A stretch of DNA of 64,000 nucleotides from positions 119,357,741 through 119,421,740 of the forward strand of contig CM041465.1 of assembly GCA_023213395.1 (NCBI GenBank), read 5' to 3'. Numbering within the stretch: position 1 is the first letter of the stretch; each line of letters starts with the position of its first letter. The translations under genes and the position numbers were made by a program. Positions 52,559 to 64,000 of this stretch are shown in pieces. The DNA comes from Cycas panzhihuaensis (taxonomy: Eukaryota; Plantae; Cycadophyta). Below the pieces are notes generated by a model. It made no database searches. It saw only the letters and a list, made by a program, of their open reading frames with translations, and was not told the DNA's origin.

Positions 52559-55500
52559 TTCTAAGAGGTGTCACCCAACAAAGATTGTGACCCTCTATAT
52601 ATCTCATACATTTTTGCCAATCAGCATTAGTTAAACCACATGAATATTAACTTAGTGGCTTAACAAACACCTGCCACATTAACATCTCCCCTTAATGTGA
52701 ATATGGGAAGCCTGCAATTAGCAACAATTATGTTATCATAAAAGTTAGGACTATCTTGCAGCTTCTTTATCATTGTTGATACATCCCCCTCAAGGATAAC
52801 ATCGATGAGTTCTAATCTGATATGCATCTTTGTGAATCGATCTTCAGTAAATGGCTTGGTAAACACGTCCACAAACAAGAATTCACTCGGATAGTAATCA
52901 ACCTGCAACTTTCCTAACTTAATCTGTTCACAAATGTAATGGTGTTAAATCTCAATATGCATTGTACGCATATGAAATTTTAGATTTTTTGACAAATGAA
53001 TGGTACTTCGATTATCAACGAAGATAATCAGATATCCATTAAAAAGTCCAAGAAACTCAAAGAGACCTTGCAACCATACAACTTCCTTTACACCAGCGTT
53101 GAGTCTCTGATATTTTGCCTCTGTAGAATAGTACCACTATTTTTTGCTTCTTCGACTTCTACAAAACAAATCCATTATCGATACCAAATGTGTATCCAAC
53201 ATTAGACTTCCAGTCATCAAAGTCTTCTCCCCAATGAGCATCCATGTAGCCATGCAACTTTATCTCCTCACCTCGAAAATATTTGAGACCAAGATTGATT
53301 GTCCCCTTTAAGTATTTTAAAACCCACTTCGCTACAACCCAATGTAGCTCCTAAAGATTCTGCATATAACAGGAAATCAATCCAACAACATAGGTGATAT
53401 CTGTCTCATAGGTGATATATGAGTCAAGTAAATCATACTCCCTACCAACTAACAATACTTCATTTCATTTACAAAGGGTTTGACCATATCCTTCTACAAT
53501 ATTGTGCTCTTAATACATGGTGTTAAAACAGGTTTGCAATTCTGCATCCTAAACTTCTCCAGTAAGTTCTTCATATACTATGACTACAATAACACGATTC
53601 GATCATCTATCTACTTGATCTAAATGCCTAAGAAATAGTGAAGTCTCACGAGATCTTTCATGTCAAAAGAAGCTCCCAAATTGAGCTTGACTTCTGTTAT
53701 AGTCTTGCTACAATTTTCTCTAATGATCAAATCATTGACATAAACCAAAAAAACAACTATTGAAGTCCCTCTCCTTTTCACATACAAATTCAGGTTGAGT
53801 TCAGAATTTATGAAACCTTCAACTTTTAACTTAGCATCCATATTTTCATACCAAGCACAAGTTGTTTGTTTCAAGCCATAAATTGATTTTTTTAATTAGC
53901 ATATAAGATGCTCCTAACCTTTCTTAATGAATCCCATAGACTACGATATATATGTCTCCTCCTTTAGATCTCCATTAAGAAATGTGGGCTTGATGTCCAT
54001 CTGGTGTAACTCCTAACTGTAAGCAGCTACTAAGGAAATGATCAATTGGATCATCATCATCTTAGAGACTGGTGTAAATGTCTCATCATAGTTCATTCCT
54101 TCTTTCTATTTGAACCCTTGAGCAACAAACTTGGCCTTGAACTTGTCCACATCTCCATCTGAGAGAAACTTCATCTTATAGACCCACTTGCATGTAACAA
54201 GGTTTTTCATTAGATGGAGTAGAACCAAATTCTATGCATTGTTCTTCATCAATGAACCATAATCTTCATCCATCACAGCTCTCCATCATGAATCTCTTTT
54301 TGCCTCTCCAAATGAATCAGGATCACTGGAGTTGTTGGTGTTTACCAGCAGAGTTTGACTGACATGTTGACTCCTTATTCGTCTTTTATTAGTAAGAGTA
54401 TACATCGCCACACTTGAATCTTTAATATTCTTCCTTTTCTATAATGGTATAGAAGGACCCGTTGTTAGAGGTACTTCTTCTTATGACGACTCCTCACTAT
54501 TACTCAACCCACATGGTCTTGCTTCCTCATGTATTCATACGTATATGTTCCATACATAATAAGCAAATAAATATATATATAATATAGATGCATAGTATGT
54601 AGAATTTACATGGGAAACCCTTTTGAAAAAAATCTACAACAAAAGATCTTTTGGACCGTATTGATTACATACCAATTGATACGTTGAAATACAAGGACTC
54701 TAGGATATCTATATCCTTTCAAGAGGTGTCACTCAATAAGGATTGTGACCCTCTGAATATTTTGCACATTTTTGCTAATCATCATTAGTTAAACCACATG
54801 AATATTAACTTAGTGGCTTAACAAACAACTGCCACATTAACATCCCCCCTTAATATAAATATAGAGAGCTTGAAACATACAACAATTGTGTTATCATGAA
54901 AGTTAAGACTATCTTGCAACTTCTTTATCTTTGTCAATACATCCCCCCCTCAAGGATAATATCGGTAAGTCCTAATCTAGTACACATTTTTATGAATTGA
55001 TCTTCAGTAAATGGATTGATGAATACGCCTACAAGCTAGAATTCACTCAAACAATAGTTGACCTACAACTTCTCTGACTTGATCTATTCATGCTTCATAC
55101 GTACATAAAACTCTAGATTCTTTGATAAAAAAATGATACTCTAATTATCAATGAAGATAATTAAATGTCCATTGGAAACTCCAAGAAACTCTAAGAGACC
55201 TTGCAACTATACAGCTTCATTCACATCAATACTGAATAATTGATATTTTACCTTTGTAGAAGATAACACCATTTTTTGTTGCTTCTTCGACTACCATGAA
55301 ACAAATCCATTACTGACACTAAATATGTATTTAGAAGTAGGCTTTTGATCATCAGTCTCCTCCCCAATCAGCATCTATGTAGCCATGTAACCTTCTCTCT
55401 TTACCTCAATGATATTTGAGACCAAGATTGATTGTCCCTTCTAGGTATTTCAAAATCCACTTCGTTGCAACCCAATATAGCTCTTAAGGATTCTGCATGT

Positions 55501-56977
55501 AGTGGGAAACCAATCCAACAACATAAGCGATATTTGGTCTGATATGAGTCAAGTAAATTAAACTCCTTACTAACTGGTGATACTTCGTTCCATCTACAGA
55601 GGGTTTGGCCATATCCTTCTGCAATCTTGCATCCCTAACACATGGTGTTAAAATAAGTTTGTAATTCTACATCCCTAACTTTTTCAATAAGTTCTTCACG
55701 TACTATAACTGCAATAACATGATTCGATCGTCCATCTACCTGATTTGAATGCTTAAGAAATAGTGAAATCTCTCGAGGTCTATCATGTCAAAAGAAACTC
55801 CCAAATTGGACTTGACTTTTGTTAGTCTTGTCGCAATTTCCTCCAATGATCAAATCATCGACATAAACTACACAAGAAACTCTCATTTTCACATATAAAT
55901 TTAGATTGAGTTCAAAATTTTTGAAACCTCCAGCTTTTAACTTAGCATCTATCTTCTCATACCAAGTACGAGTTGTTTGTTTCAAACCATAGATTGATTT
56001 CTTTAACCGGCATACAAGATGCTCCTCACCTTCCTTAATGAATCCCATAGGGTATGACATATATATCTCCTCCTTTAGATCTCCATTAAGAAATGTAGAC
56101 TTGATGTTCGTCTAGTGTAACTCCCAACCGTAAGTAGTTGCTAAAGAAATTATTAAATGGACCATCGTCATCTTAGATACTGATGCAAATGTCTCCTCAT
56201 AATCAATTCATTCTTTCTATTTGAACCCTTAAACAACAAGCTTAACCTTGTACTTGTCCACCTCTCCATCTGCGTAGAACTTCATCTTGTAGACCCACTT
56301 ACATCCAACAAAGTTCTTCATCAGAGAGAGCAAAACCAAATCCCATGCATCATTCTTTATCAATGAACCATACTCTTTCTCCATCACAGTTCTCCATCAT
56401 GAATCTCCTTTTATCTCTTCAAATGAATTAGGATCACTAAAGTTGTTAGTGTCTACTAGCAAAGTTCAACTCGTATGATGACTCCTTGTTTATCTTTTAT
56501 CAATAAAGGTATGCATCACCACACTAGAATCTTCAATAGTCTTCATTGCCTATAATGGTATAGAAAAGCATGTTACTAGAGGTACTTCTTCTCGCAGCAG
56601 CTCTTCACTATTACTCAACCCACTTGGTCATGCTTCCTCATGTATTCATATGTATATGTTCCTATCTGTAGAATCTTTAACCATACACAACAAGCAAACA
56701 AATATATATACATAATACAAATGCATAGTATACAAGATTTACGTGGGAAACTCTTTTGAAAAAAAAGTCCATCACAAAAAATCTTTTAAATCATATTGAT
56801 TACACACCAATTGAAACATTGAAATGCAATGGCTCTAGGATATATATATCCTTCCAAGAGGTGTCACCCAACAAGGATTGTGACCTTCTAAATATCTCGC
56901 ACATTTTTGCTAATCACTATTAGTTAAACCACATGAACATTAACTTAGTAGCTTTACAAATAAATGCCATGTTAAAA
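52287..56977 (-). mobile_element. Element K: tandem dimer LTR-(RT-RH)-LTR-(RT-RH)-LTR, Copia deletion derivative
   Basis: LTRs 52287-52684, 54528-54842 and 56639-56977. Perfect TSD CAAAG at 52282-52286 and 56978-56982. Two homologous RT/RH interiors, each with a PPT. No PBS, gag or INT core. Confidence 0.9.
52499..52556 (+). repeat. (AT)29 microsatellite in the left LTR of K
   Basis: Perfect AT run. The other two K LTRs have only about 5 units at this site. Confidence 0.95.
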
Positions 56978-57583
56978 CAAAGAAAATGGTAGAATATTCT
57001 TGCCTCAAACCAAGTATGCCAAAGAACTATTATTTAAGTTCAACACAGCAAACTCTAAAAGGTAGATGTAAAATAATCACAAAAGGTCAAGGTCTAGTAG
57101 TAAATGTAACTCTATACAAGAAACTCGTAGACAACTTAATATATCTCACTTTTACCTGCCCAAACAATATGTATGCTCTATGAATTATATCAAGATTCAT
57201 GAACAATTCTCATGAAGCGCATTGAAAAGCAACAAAAAGAGTATTAAAATATATGCAAAAAAAACCTAGAGTTTAGTTTGAAATACATTCAAAAACTAGA
57301 TTTCAAACTTATTGATTACAATTATTCAAATTAGGCAAGAGAAAAGAATGGCCAAAAGACAACTTTAAGTTATTGTTTCAATCTTGATTCAAAAGTAATC
57401 TCTTAGAACAACAAAAAATAATCTTCAATTTTTCTTTCATCAACAAAAACAAAGTACAAAGTAACTATGAAAGCCACCTGTGAATCCATTTGGTTGAAAA
57501 AAATGTTAAAAGATTTGGTATAGATCCAACTTTTTCCCACCATATTTTATTGTGAGAATCAAAGTATAATGAAATTTGTAATA

Positions 57584-60500
57584 TGTTGAAAAAACTAGGT
57601 CCCAATAATCAAAAACTGCCACCAAGATCTAAACTATTTTACAACTAGTTCAAAGAATTGAAACTAAAATTTAATATGCAAGTTCTTAAACTAAAGATAA
57701 TATAATAAATAAATCAAAAACTTAAAGCATCACAAATATACCAAATATAACGTGGTAAAACTCTAGCAGTGTGTTAAGGAAACATCTACACATGAAAGGT
57801 ATCGATCTTTATTATCAAATAATTGAGAAAATATATATAATCTGCAATAGAATGTTTACAGCAACAACAACCAATTGCCTCTACTCAATACAGTACATCC
57901 AATACATCGAATATCAACATAACAAAAAAACACCTTAAATCAGACTATATGAGAGAGTCATATAAGGCACAAATCTTGACCATCAAATCTAGGGTAGTTT
58001 GAATGAACAACCATGATTCTCTTTACAATTTAATATGTTTTACAGTGCTATCGCCCCTAAACACTCTCTTTGAGGAGGGGGGTTCCAGCTTCTCCACACA
58101 TCCCCTAGCCAAAGAATGCTCATGCCCCTCTTGGATCCCCCCACAGAAATTTGAGGAGAAAACTGCACTACTAACCTATCAAAATTTTTGCTTCTAAAAC
58201 ATTGTTGTCACATTATCTAACAATCTCCACCTTAACAATAATTTACCTAATACCTTTCCTGAACCATTCATCACCTTTTCTGCAACCTAAGATAAGTCAA
58301 ACACTATTTGAACTTCTCCAATAGTACTGGTTTTATTAATATATCAACACAATTTTGTTTTGTGTTAACCTTCTCAAGTGCCACTCCACCTGCTTCTACA
58401 ACTTGTCTAACAAAATAGTAATTAAAAATAGTATGCTTTGTTCTACTATGATAAATTAGATTCTTTGCTAAGTAAATGGTACTTTGACTGTCACAATATA
58501 CCTTTACCTTTTCTTGTTTCCTTCCAAGCTCAGTTAATAGACCCTGCAACTAAATTGCTTCCTTATAAGCATGTGTTGTAGTAACATATTTTACTTCTAT
58601 AGTCAATAATATAATTCTACTCTACAATTTTGACATCCAACTAATTGGACCATTTGTAAGAGTAAACACATAACCTGAAGTAGGCCTTCTCTTATCTAAA
58701 TCTCTTGTAAAGTCTAAATCAACATATCTACAAACCTAATTACCTGTGCCACCAAAGGTGATGCAATAGTTACTTGTATCCCTCAAATATCAAAACACCA
58801 ATTTTACTGTTGCCCAATATTTCTTTCCTAGGTTTGTCATAAATCTGTTAACTACACTGACTATATGTGAAATGTCAAGTCTTGTATATACCATGGCATA
58901 CATCAAATTTCTTACTACACTGACATAAGGTACATGAGACATATAATCATTTTCTTCTTCATTACTAGGACTCATACTTAAAAAATGCTTGAAATGGGAA
59001 GCCAACGGGATACTCACTAGTTTCACATTTACCATACCAAATCTAGTTAGCACCTTCTCCACATATTTCTACTGCAATAACCATAGCTTACCATTTTTTC
59101 TGTCTATATGTATCTCCATACTTAAGATTTATTTTGTAGCTCCTAGATCCTTCATATGAAATGTCCTGGCCAATTGAGCCTTTAACTTATTGATTTATGC
59201 CATACTCTTACTTGCAACCAGTATGTAATCAACATATAATGCTAAGATAATGAATAAGCCATTGTTCAAGAATTTAGAGTAAACACAATAATCATACTCA
59301 CTTCTTTTGAAAGTTTGTCTCTCCATGAAGGTATCAAACTTTATGTACCATTGCCTGGGTGATTGCTTCAAGCCATACAATGATTTCTTGAGCCTACAAA
59401 CAAGCATTTTCTTAACATTCTATACAAAACCTTCTAGCTAATCTATATAGATCTCCTCATCTAAATTTTTATGTAAAAAAAATTGTTTTCACATCTAACT
59501 ACTCTAACTCCAAATTAAGGGAAGCTACCAAAGCTGACAAAACCTGAATTGAAATAAGTTTAACAACTAGTGAAAAAATCTTATGAAAATCAATACATGA
59601 TTTCTATGCAAAGCCTTTAGCCACCAGTTTTGTCCTATATTTGTCAACATTTCCATCAACATATGTTTTCTTCTTGAAAACTCACCTATAACCAATAGTC
59701 TTCCTCCCATGTGGAAGTTCTACCAAATCTCACAAATTATTTTTCTTCAATGCACCTATCTCTTCCTACATAGCTCTCTTTCACTTCTCACTATAAATAT
59801 TATCTACCACTTCCTGATAGCATGTAGGCTCACCATCATTAGAAACTAAAGCAATAGAAATAGAAGGGTTGTACATGTTAGGTAAATGATTGACTCTTAT
59901 AGATCTTTTAATAGTTGGTGGAGGAGTGTCTATATACTCTTGTAAATCTGCTACATATTCATCTTCAGAAAGCACTTCATGCATTTATGTTTCCAAAGAT
60001 GGCTAGGTCTAAAGCTTAACCTGTTGATGTTTAGCTTTCTGCTCCTGTTTTACTTCAACTTCTATACTGTATGATTTTAAAAAGGGAGATTCACCAAACA
60101 TAACATCTCTGTTAATAATGATTTTGTGGGCAGTAGGATCCCACAACCTGTATCCCTTTACACCATCTCTATCACCAGAACTAACAAAGATACATCTCTT
60201 AGATTACAGGTCTAACTTTGAACATTGACTTCTAGTAGTCAAGGCATAAGCATCACAACTAAAAATTTTTAAATTTAAATAGTTATATGGATGTCTAATC
60301 CATACCCCTTTAGGAATCTTGCAGTCTATTACAAGTGATGGTGACCTATTTACCAAATAACAAGTTATCTGAACAGTGTTTGCCCATAAGCCCTGCTTCA
60401 CTCTTGTATTACTCAGCATGTTTTTCGCTCTTTCCAAAAGCATCTTATTCATTTGCTTAGCTATGTCATTTTGCTACAGAATATAACTAGTGGTCTTATG

Positions 60501-60794
60501 CCTTTCGATCCCAGCTTCTTTACAATAGTTCTCAAACTCTAAGGAGTTGAACTCACCCCAATTGTCAATTCTTAAACATTTGATTGACCTGTCAATGCTC
60601 TTCTTAACTATAGCCTTGAACTGCTTAAACACACTGAAATTTTCAGATTTCCTTTTCATAAAATAGACCCATACCTTTCTAGAGTAATCATCTATAAATG
60701 TAACAAAATACAATGATCTTCCATAAGATGTTGTAGAGGTTGGTCCCCACACATCTAAATGTATATAATCCAGAACACCTTTACTAGTGTGACT
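57584..60794 (-). mobile_element. Element L: Ty1/Copia 3' part (3' LTR, RH, RT, INT), interrupted by M
   Basis: LTR 57584-58222. PPT ATCTCCACCTT 58223-58233. ORFs with LKKSLYGLKQSPRQW, YCDSQSTIYLAKN and LDYIHLDVWGP..FIDDYSRKVW. Confidence 0.88.
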
Positions 60795-63700
60795 TGAAGG
60801 AATGATGGATCTAGGAGATAAATCACTCACATGCACACAATGGTAATGGAGAATGAAAATGAAGATGAAACAAGATATGAGAGCAAGCTTGGAGATGAGA
60901 ATAAATAAGAACTCCCTCCTTGAAATTTCTCCTTTTATTATTGAGGGTGAATATTCGGGTTAGGATTTTCTCGCCTAATGACATGAACCCGAAATTACAT
61001 CTAAATGTACATAAAGTACATTTCATTAAGAGACTAATGCTAATAATATATCCTAAGGTCGCATAATTAATCTACACAAATGACTTTGATACATTAACCT
61101 CTTTCAATTCCCCTCTTAATGGTGGAAGGTCATTTTCAGAAAATCTATTCTATGAGGTTTTCATTTGAGCCTCATTATTACAATGAAATTCTAAGTGACA
61201 CTTTTGTAGGAAAACCCTCATGGGAAATAAAAACCCACGAACTTTCTAAGATCTATAGCCCCTTTTATAAATCAAAAGGGCTAAGATGGCTCTTTGATGT
61301 AACCTGATAACCAAGTAGCTTAAATATGCAGCTTAATCTGCTAATTCTCCATATATTGTTTGGTCATTTCCTATTCCCTTTTGGGTTTTCACAGGTTCTG
61401 ATTTTCTAAAATAAGTACAACCCTTATCCTTCCATGCCCACATGGGGTTTTCACAAAGATGATAGAGCAAAGACTTACTCTTATTCTTCTGCGCCCACAA
61501 GGGGTTTTCACAAAGATAATAGAGTATGATTATCATATTACCATCTTCTTTGATCAATCGAAGATGGAGGTCCTAAGGCCGAGCTGCGTTCGAAATTGTT
61601 CAAACTTCACCCTTTGCAGCGGTTTAGTGAAGATATCGGCCACTTGATCTGCTGTGGGGCAGTAATCTAATTGAATTGTGCCATCATGAACAAGTTCCCT
61701 AATCCTGTGGACTTTCATACTTATGTATTTGGTACGATCATGAAATACAGGATTTTTTGCCATGCAGATTACTGATTGATTATCCACATGAAGACTCGTA
61801 GGACTTATTTGGGTGATATTCAATGTTTTTAATAATTTCCCCAGCCATATCACCTCTTTACTGATATCAAAAACAGCAATGTATTCAGCTTCGACAGTTG
61901 AATCTGTAACTATCTTTTGCCATCTAGATCTCCATGATATTGGTGTTGTTCCAAGAAACATTACATACCCAAACGTAGATCTTCCTGTATCTTTATCTCC
62001 TATAAAGTCTGAGTATGTATATGCAGAAAGCTTGAAGTCTGAATTAGGTTCATACAACAGACCATATTTACTGGTCGTCTTAAGGTATCTCAATACTCGC
62101 ACTGTTATCTGTCAATGATTCTATGTAGGATTTATCATGTAATGAGCAAGAATACTGACAGAGTATATAATATCTGGCCTTGTATTGGTAGTGTAGATGA
62201 GACTACCTATAAGTTTCCTGTAGAGTGTTGCGTCTGCCTCCCTAGTGTCACCTTCAGCTGAGAGTTTGGTATTAGGATCCATAGGTAACATCACTGGTCG
62301 ATCATCTTCTAACTGAAACTTGGTTAGAAGATCGTTGATGTATTTTTCTTGGGAGAGGAAAATTTTTCCATTCTTTTGTGTTACTTCAATTCCCAAGTAA
62401 TATTTCATCAAACCGAGGTCAGATAATTTGAATGTTTTGCCAAGGTCCTTTTTCAGCTAACTTATTGCCTGTTCACTATTACCTGTTATTAGCATGTCAT
62501 CCACAAAGATTATGAGATAAGTGACTTTATCTTTATGGCGCTTAATAAACAATGTTGCATCAATATCTTGATAGTCACAAACCTAGTATCCAAGTTGCCT
62601 CATCCTTTCAGACAACTTGGCAAACCAAGCGCGAGGGGCTTGTTTAAGGCCATACAAGGATTTTCTGGGCCTGCAAACCTTATGCTCTTGACCTTCGATC
62701 TCATATCCTTCTGGCTGAGCCATGTAAATTTCTTCTTCAAGATCTCCATTGAAAAATATGGTCTTAATATCAAGTTGGCGAATTTTCCAACCCTGTTGAG
62801 CAGCCAAGGTCACAAGAGTTCTAATTGTAGGCCATTTGGTTGTAGGTGCAAAGACTTCAGTGTAGTCGATGCCTTCCCTTGTGTAAATCCTTTAGCTACC
62901 AACCTCGACTTGTGTTTTTCAAGGGTGTCGTCTGATCTATATTTATTTTTAAACACCCATTTATTTTGAACTACCTTTCTGCCAAGTGGTAGATCAACGA
63001 GCTCCCATGTCTGGATTCTTGATAAGAGATTGGTACTCTTCGTTCATGGCGTTTCTCCAAGCTGCATGCTTTACAGCTTCTTGGTACATTAAGTGCTCTT
63101 CATTAAGAGTAAGGTGCAATTCTGTTGATTTAAGCTCAGTATATAATGATTCTTGCATCCTTGCTCTATGTGCACTTCGAGTGCCAATTTTGCCCCTCTC
63201 ATCTGGTTGTATGTCCTTATTGAACTGGCGGGCTTCTTGAGATCCTCGAGTTGGAAATGATGTCCTCATTTTCCCAACTTCTTGGTTCTCATCGTGTTTA
63301 TTAAAATGATTATTTTGTAAGGAGGATGTTGATGTGCCTAAGGAAGATGGTCCTTCTACCATTGTTTTGCCTTTGTCAATTGAAGGTGGAGAGGATGGTT
63401 CTTCTACAATGGCTTTGCCTTTGTCAACTCTGCTATCTTCAAAAGATTGTGTTGGATGTACACTCATTAGTTCAGAGTCACAACTTGTATCCTCCAAGGC
63501 TCTATTGTCAACTTCCAACATTTGGAGTAATTTATGTCTGTCCCCCCCACCAAATTTTAGAATCTGAACATCATACTTGATAACTTTATTATAGCGATGT
63601 GAGGGTACTATGGAGTCTAATTTAAGTAACTAATCCTCTGTCTCCGCAAAAACGACATCTCTGGTAACGATGATTTTTCGTTGTGAAGGTATGAAGACCT

Positions 63701-63848
63701 TATACCCTTTCTTATCCATAGGGTATCCAACAAAAATGCCTTTAAGTGCCCTTGGCTAGAGTTTATTTCTATTTGTATCCAAAATATAGGCATAGCATAT
63801 AGAGCCAAAAATTCTAAAGTAGTGAACAATAGTGGCTTGTCCTGAGTC
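60795..63848 (-). mobile_element. Element M: less-decayed Ty1/Copia 3' part
   Basis: LTR 60795-61106. PPT 61107-61117. RNase H ORF 61554-62102 (STVEAEY, DNQSVI, QVADIFTK). RT ORFs 62121-62813. The INT C-terminal region is cut at ~63848. Confidence 0.9.
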
Positions 63849-64000
63849 TACACTGCTTTCCCAAAATATAATAGTTATAAAAATTCAAATCTGAAAGTTG
63901 CAAGTTAGGAAGTAACTTACGGTTCATCAACACCTTAAGTCATCTCCCACTCATGTGCCCAAGTCTCTGATGCCATAACTGAGCTAGATCTTCTGCAATT
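63849..64000. other. Unassigned sequence interrupting the M integrase, probably the start of a further insertion
   Basis: Integrase similarity stops abruptly and the following 150 bp are non-coding. Confidence 0.4.

Larger units (their letters stand above)
43930..57583 (+). mobile_element. Element I: decayed Ty1/Copia hosting J, K and L; 3' end lies outside the window
   Basis: LTR ends TTGCA at 44179 (start approximate), followed by PBS TGGTATCAAAGC 44180-44191. gag from ~49747, INT ~50730-51370, RT ~51700-52286 resuming at 56983, RH to 57583. Confidence 0.75.

Noticed and set aside
52235-52564. 109-aa ORF with IYIY tail
   Set aside because: It is an RT/LTR junction read through an (AT)n microsatellite.

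Overview
AT-rich plant genomic DNA made almost entirely of nested, decayed LTR retrotransposons. A large-genome seed plant such as a gymnosperm is plausible, but that is inference. There is no intact host gene and no intact gag-pol. I resolved about 14 elements by LTR pairs, PBS (iMet-tRNA, TGGTATCAGAGC), PPT and TSDs. The nesting is Z(312-35134) > Gypsy chromovirus A(2903-34137) > Copia B, C > D, E, G, F; then Copia H; then Copia I > J, K, L > M. Main findings: (1) Copia C carries a full-length, intronless copy of the plant CDC25-like/arsenate reductase ACR2 gene, antisense in its 5' leader (21082-21510). (2) The young non-autonomous element D (LTRs differ at 3 of 364 nt) has a 4-kb interior that is a mosaic of host mRNA pieces: pyridoxal kinase and eIF5A clearly, and probably a CYP86-clan P450, an SCPL and a PPR. 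(3) Some LTRs have grown by adding PBS-containing units, with four in tandem in solo LTR G. (4) K is a PBS-less LTR-internal-LTR-internal-LTR tandem dimer inside one TSD. All homologies were recognised by eye from manual translation, not from database searches.
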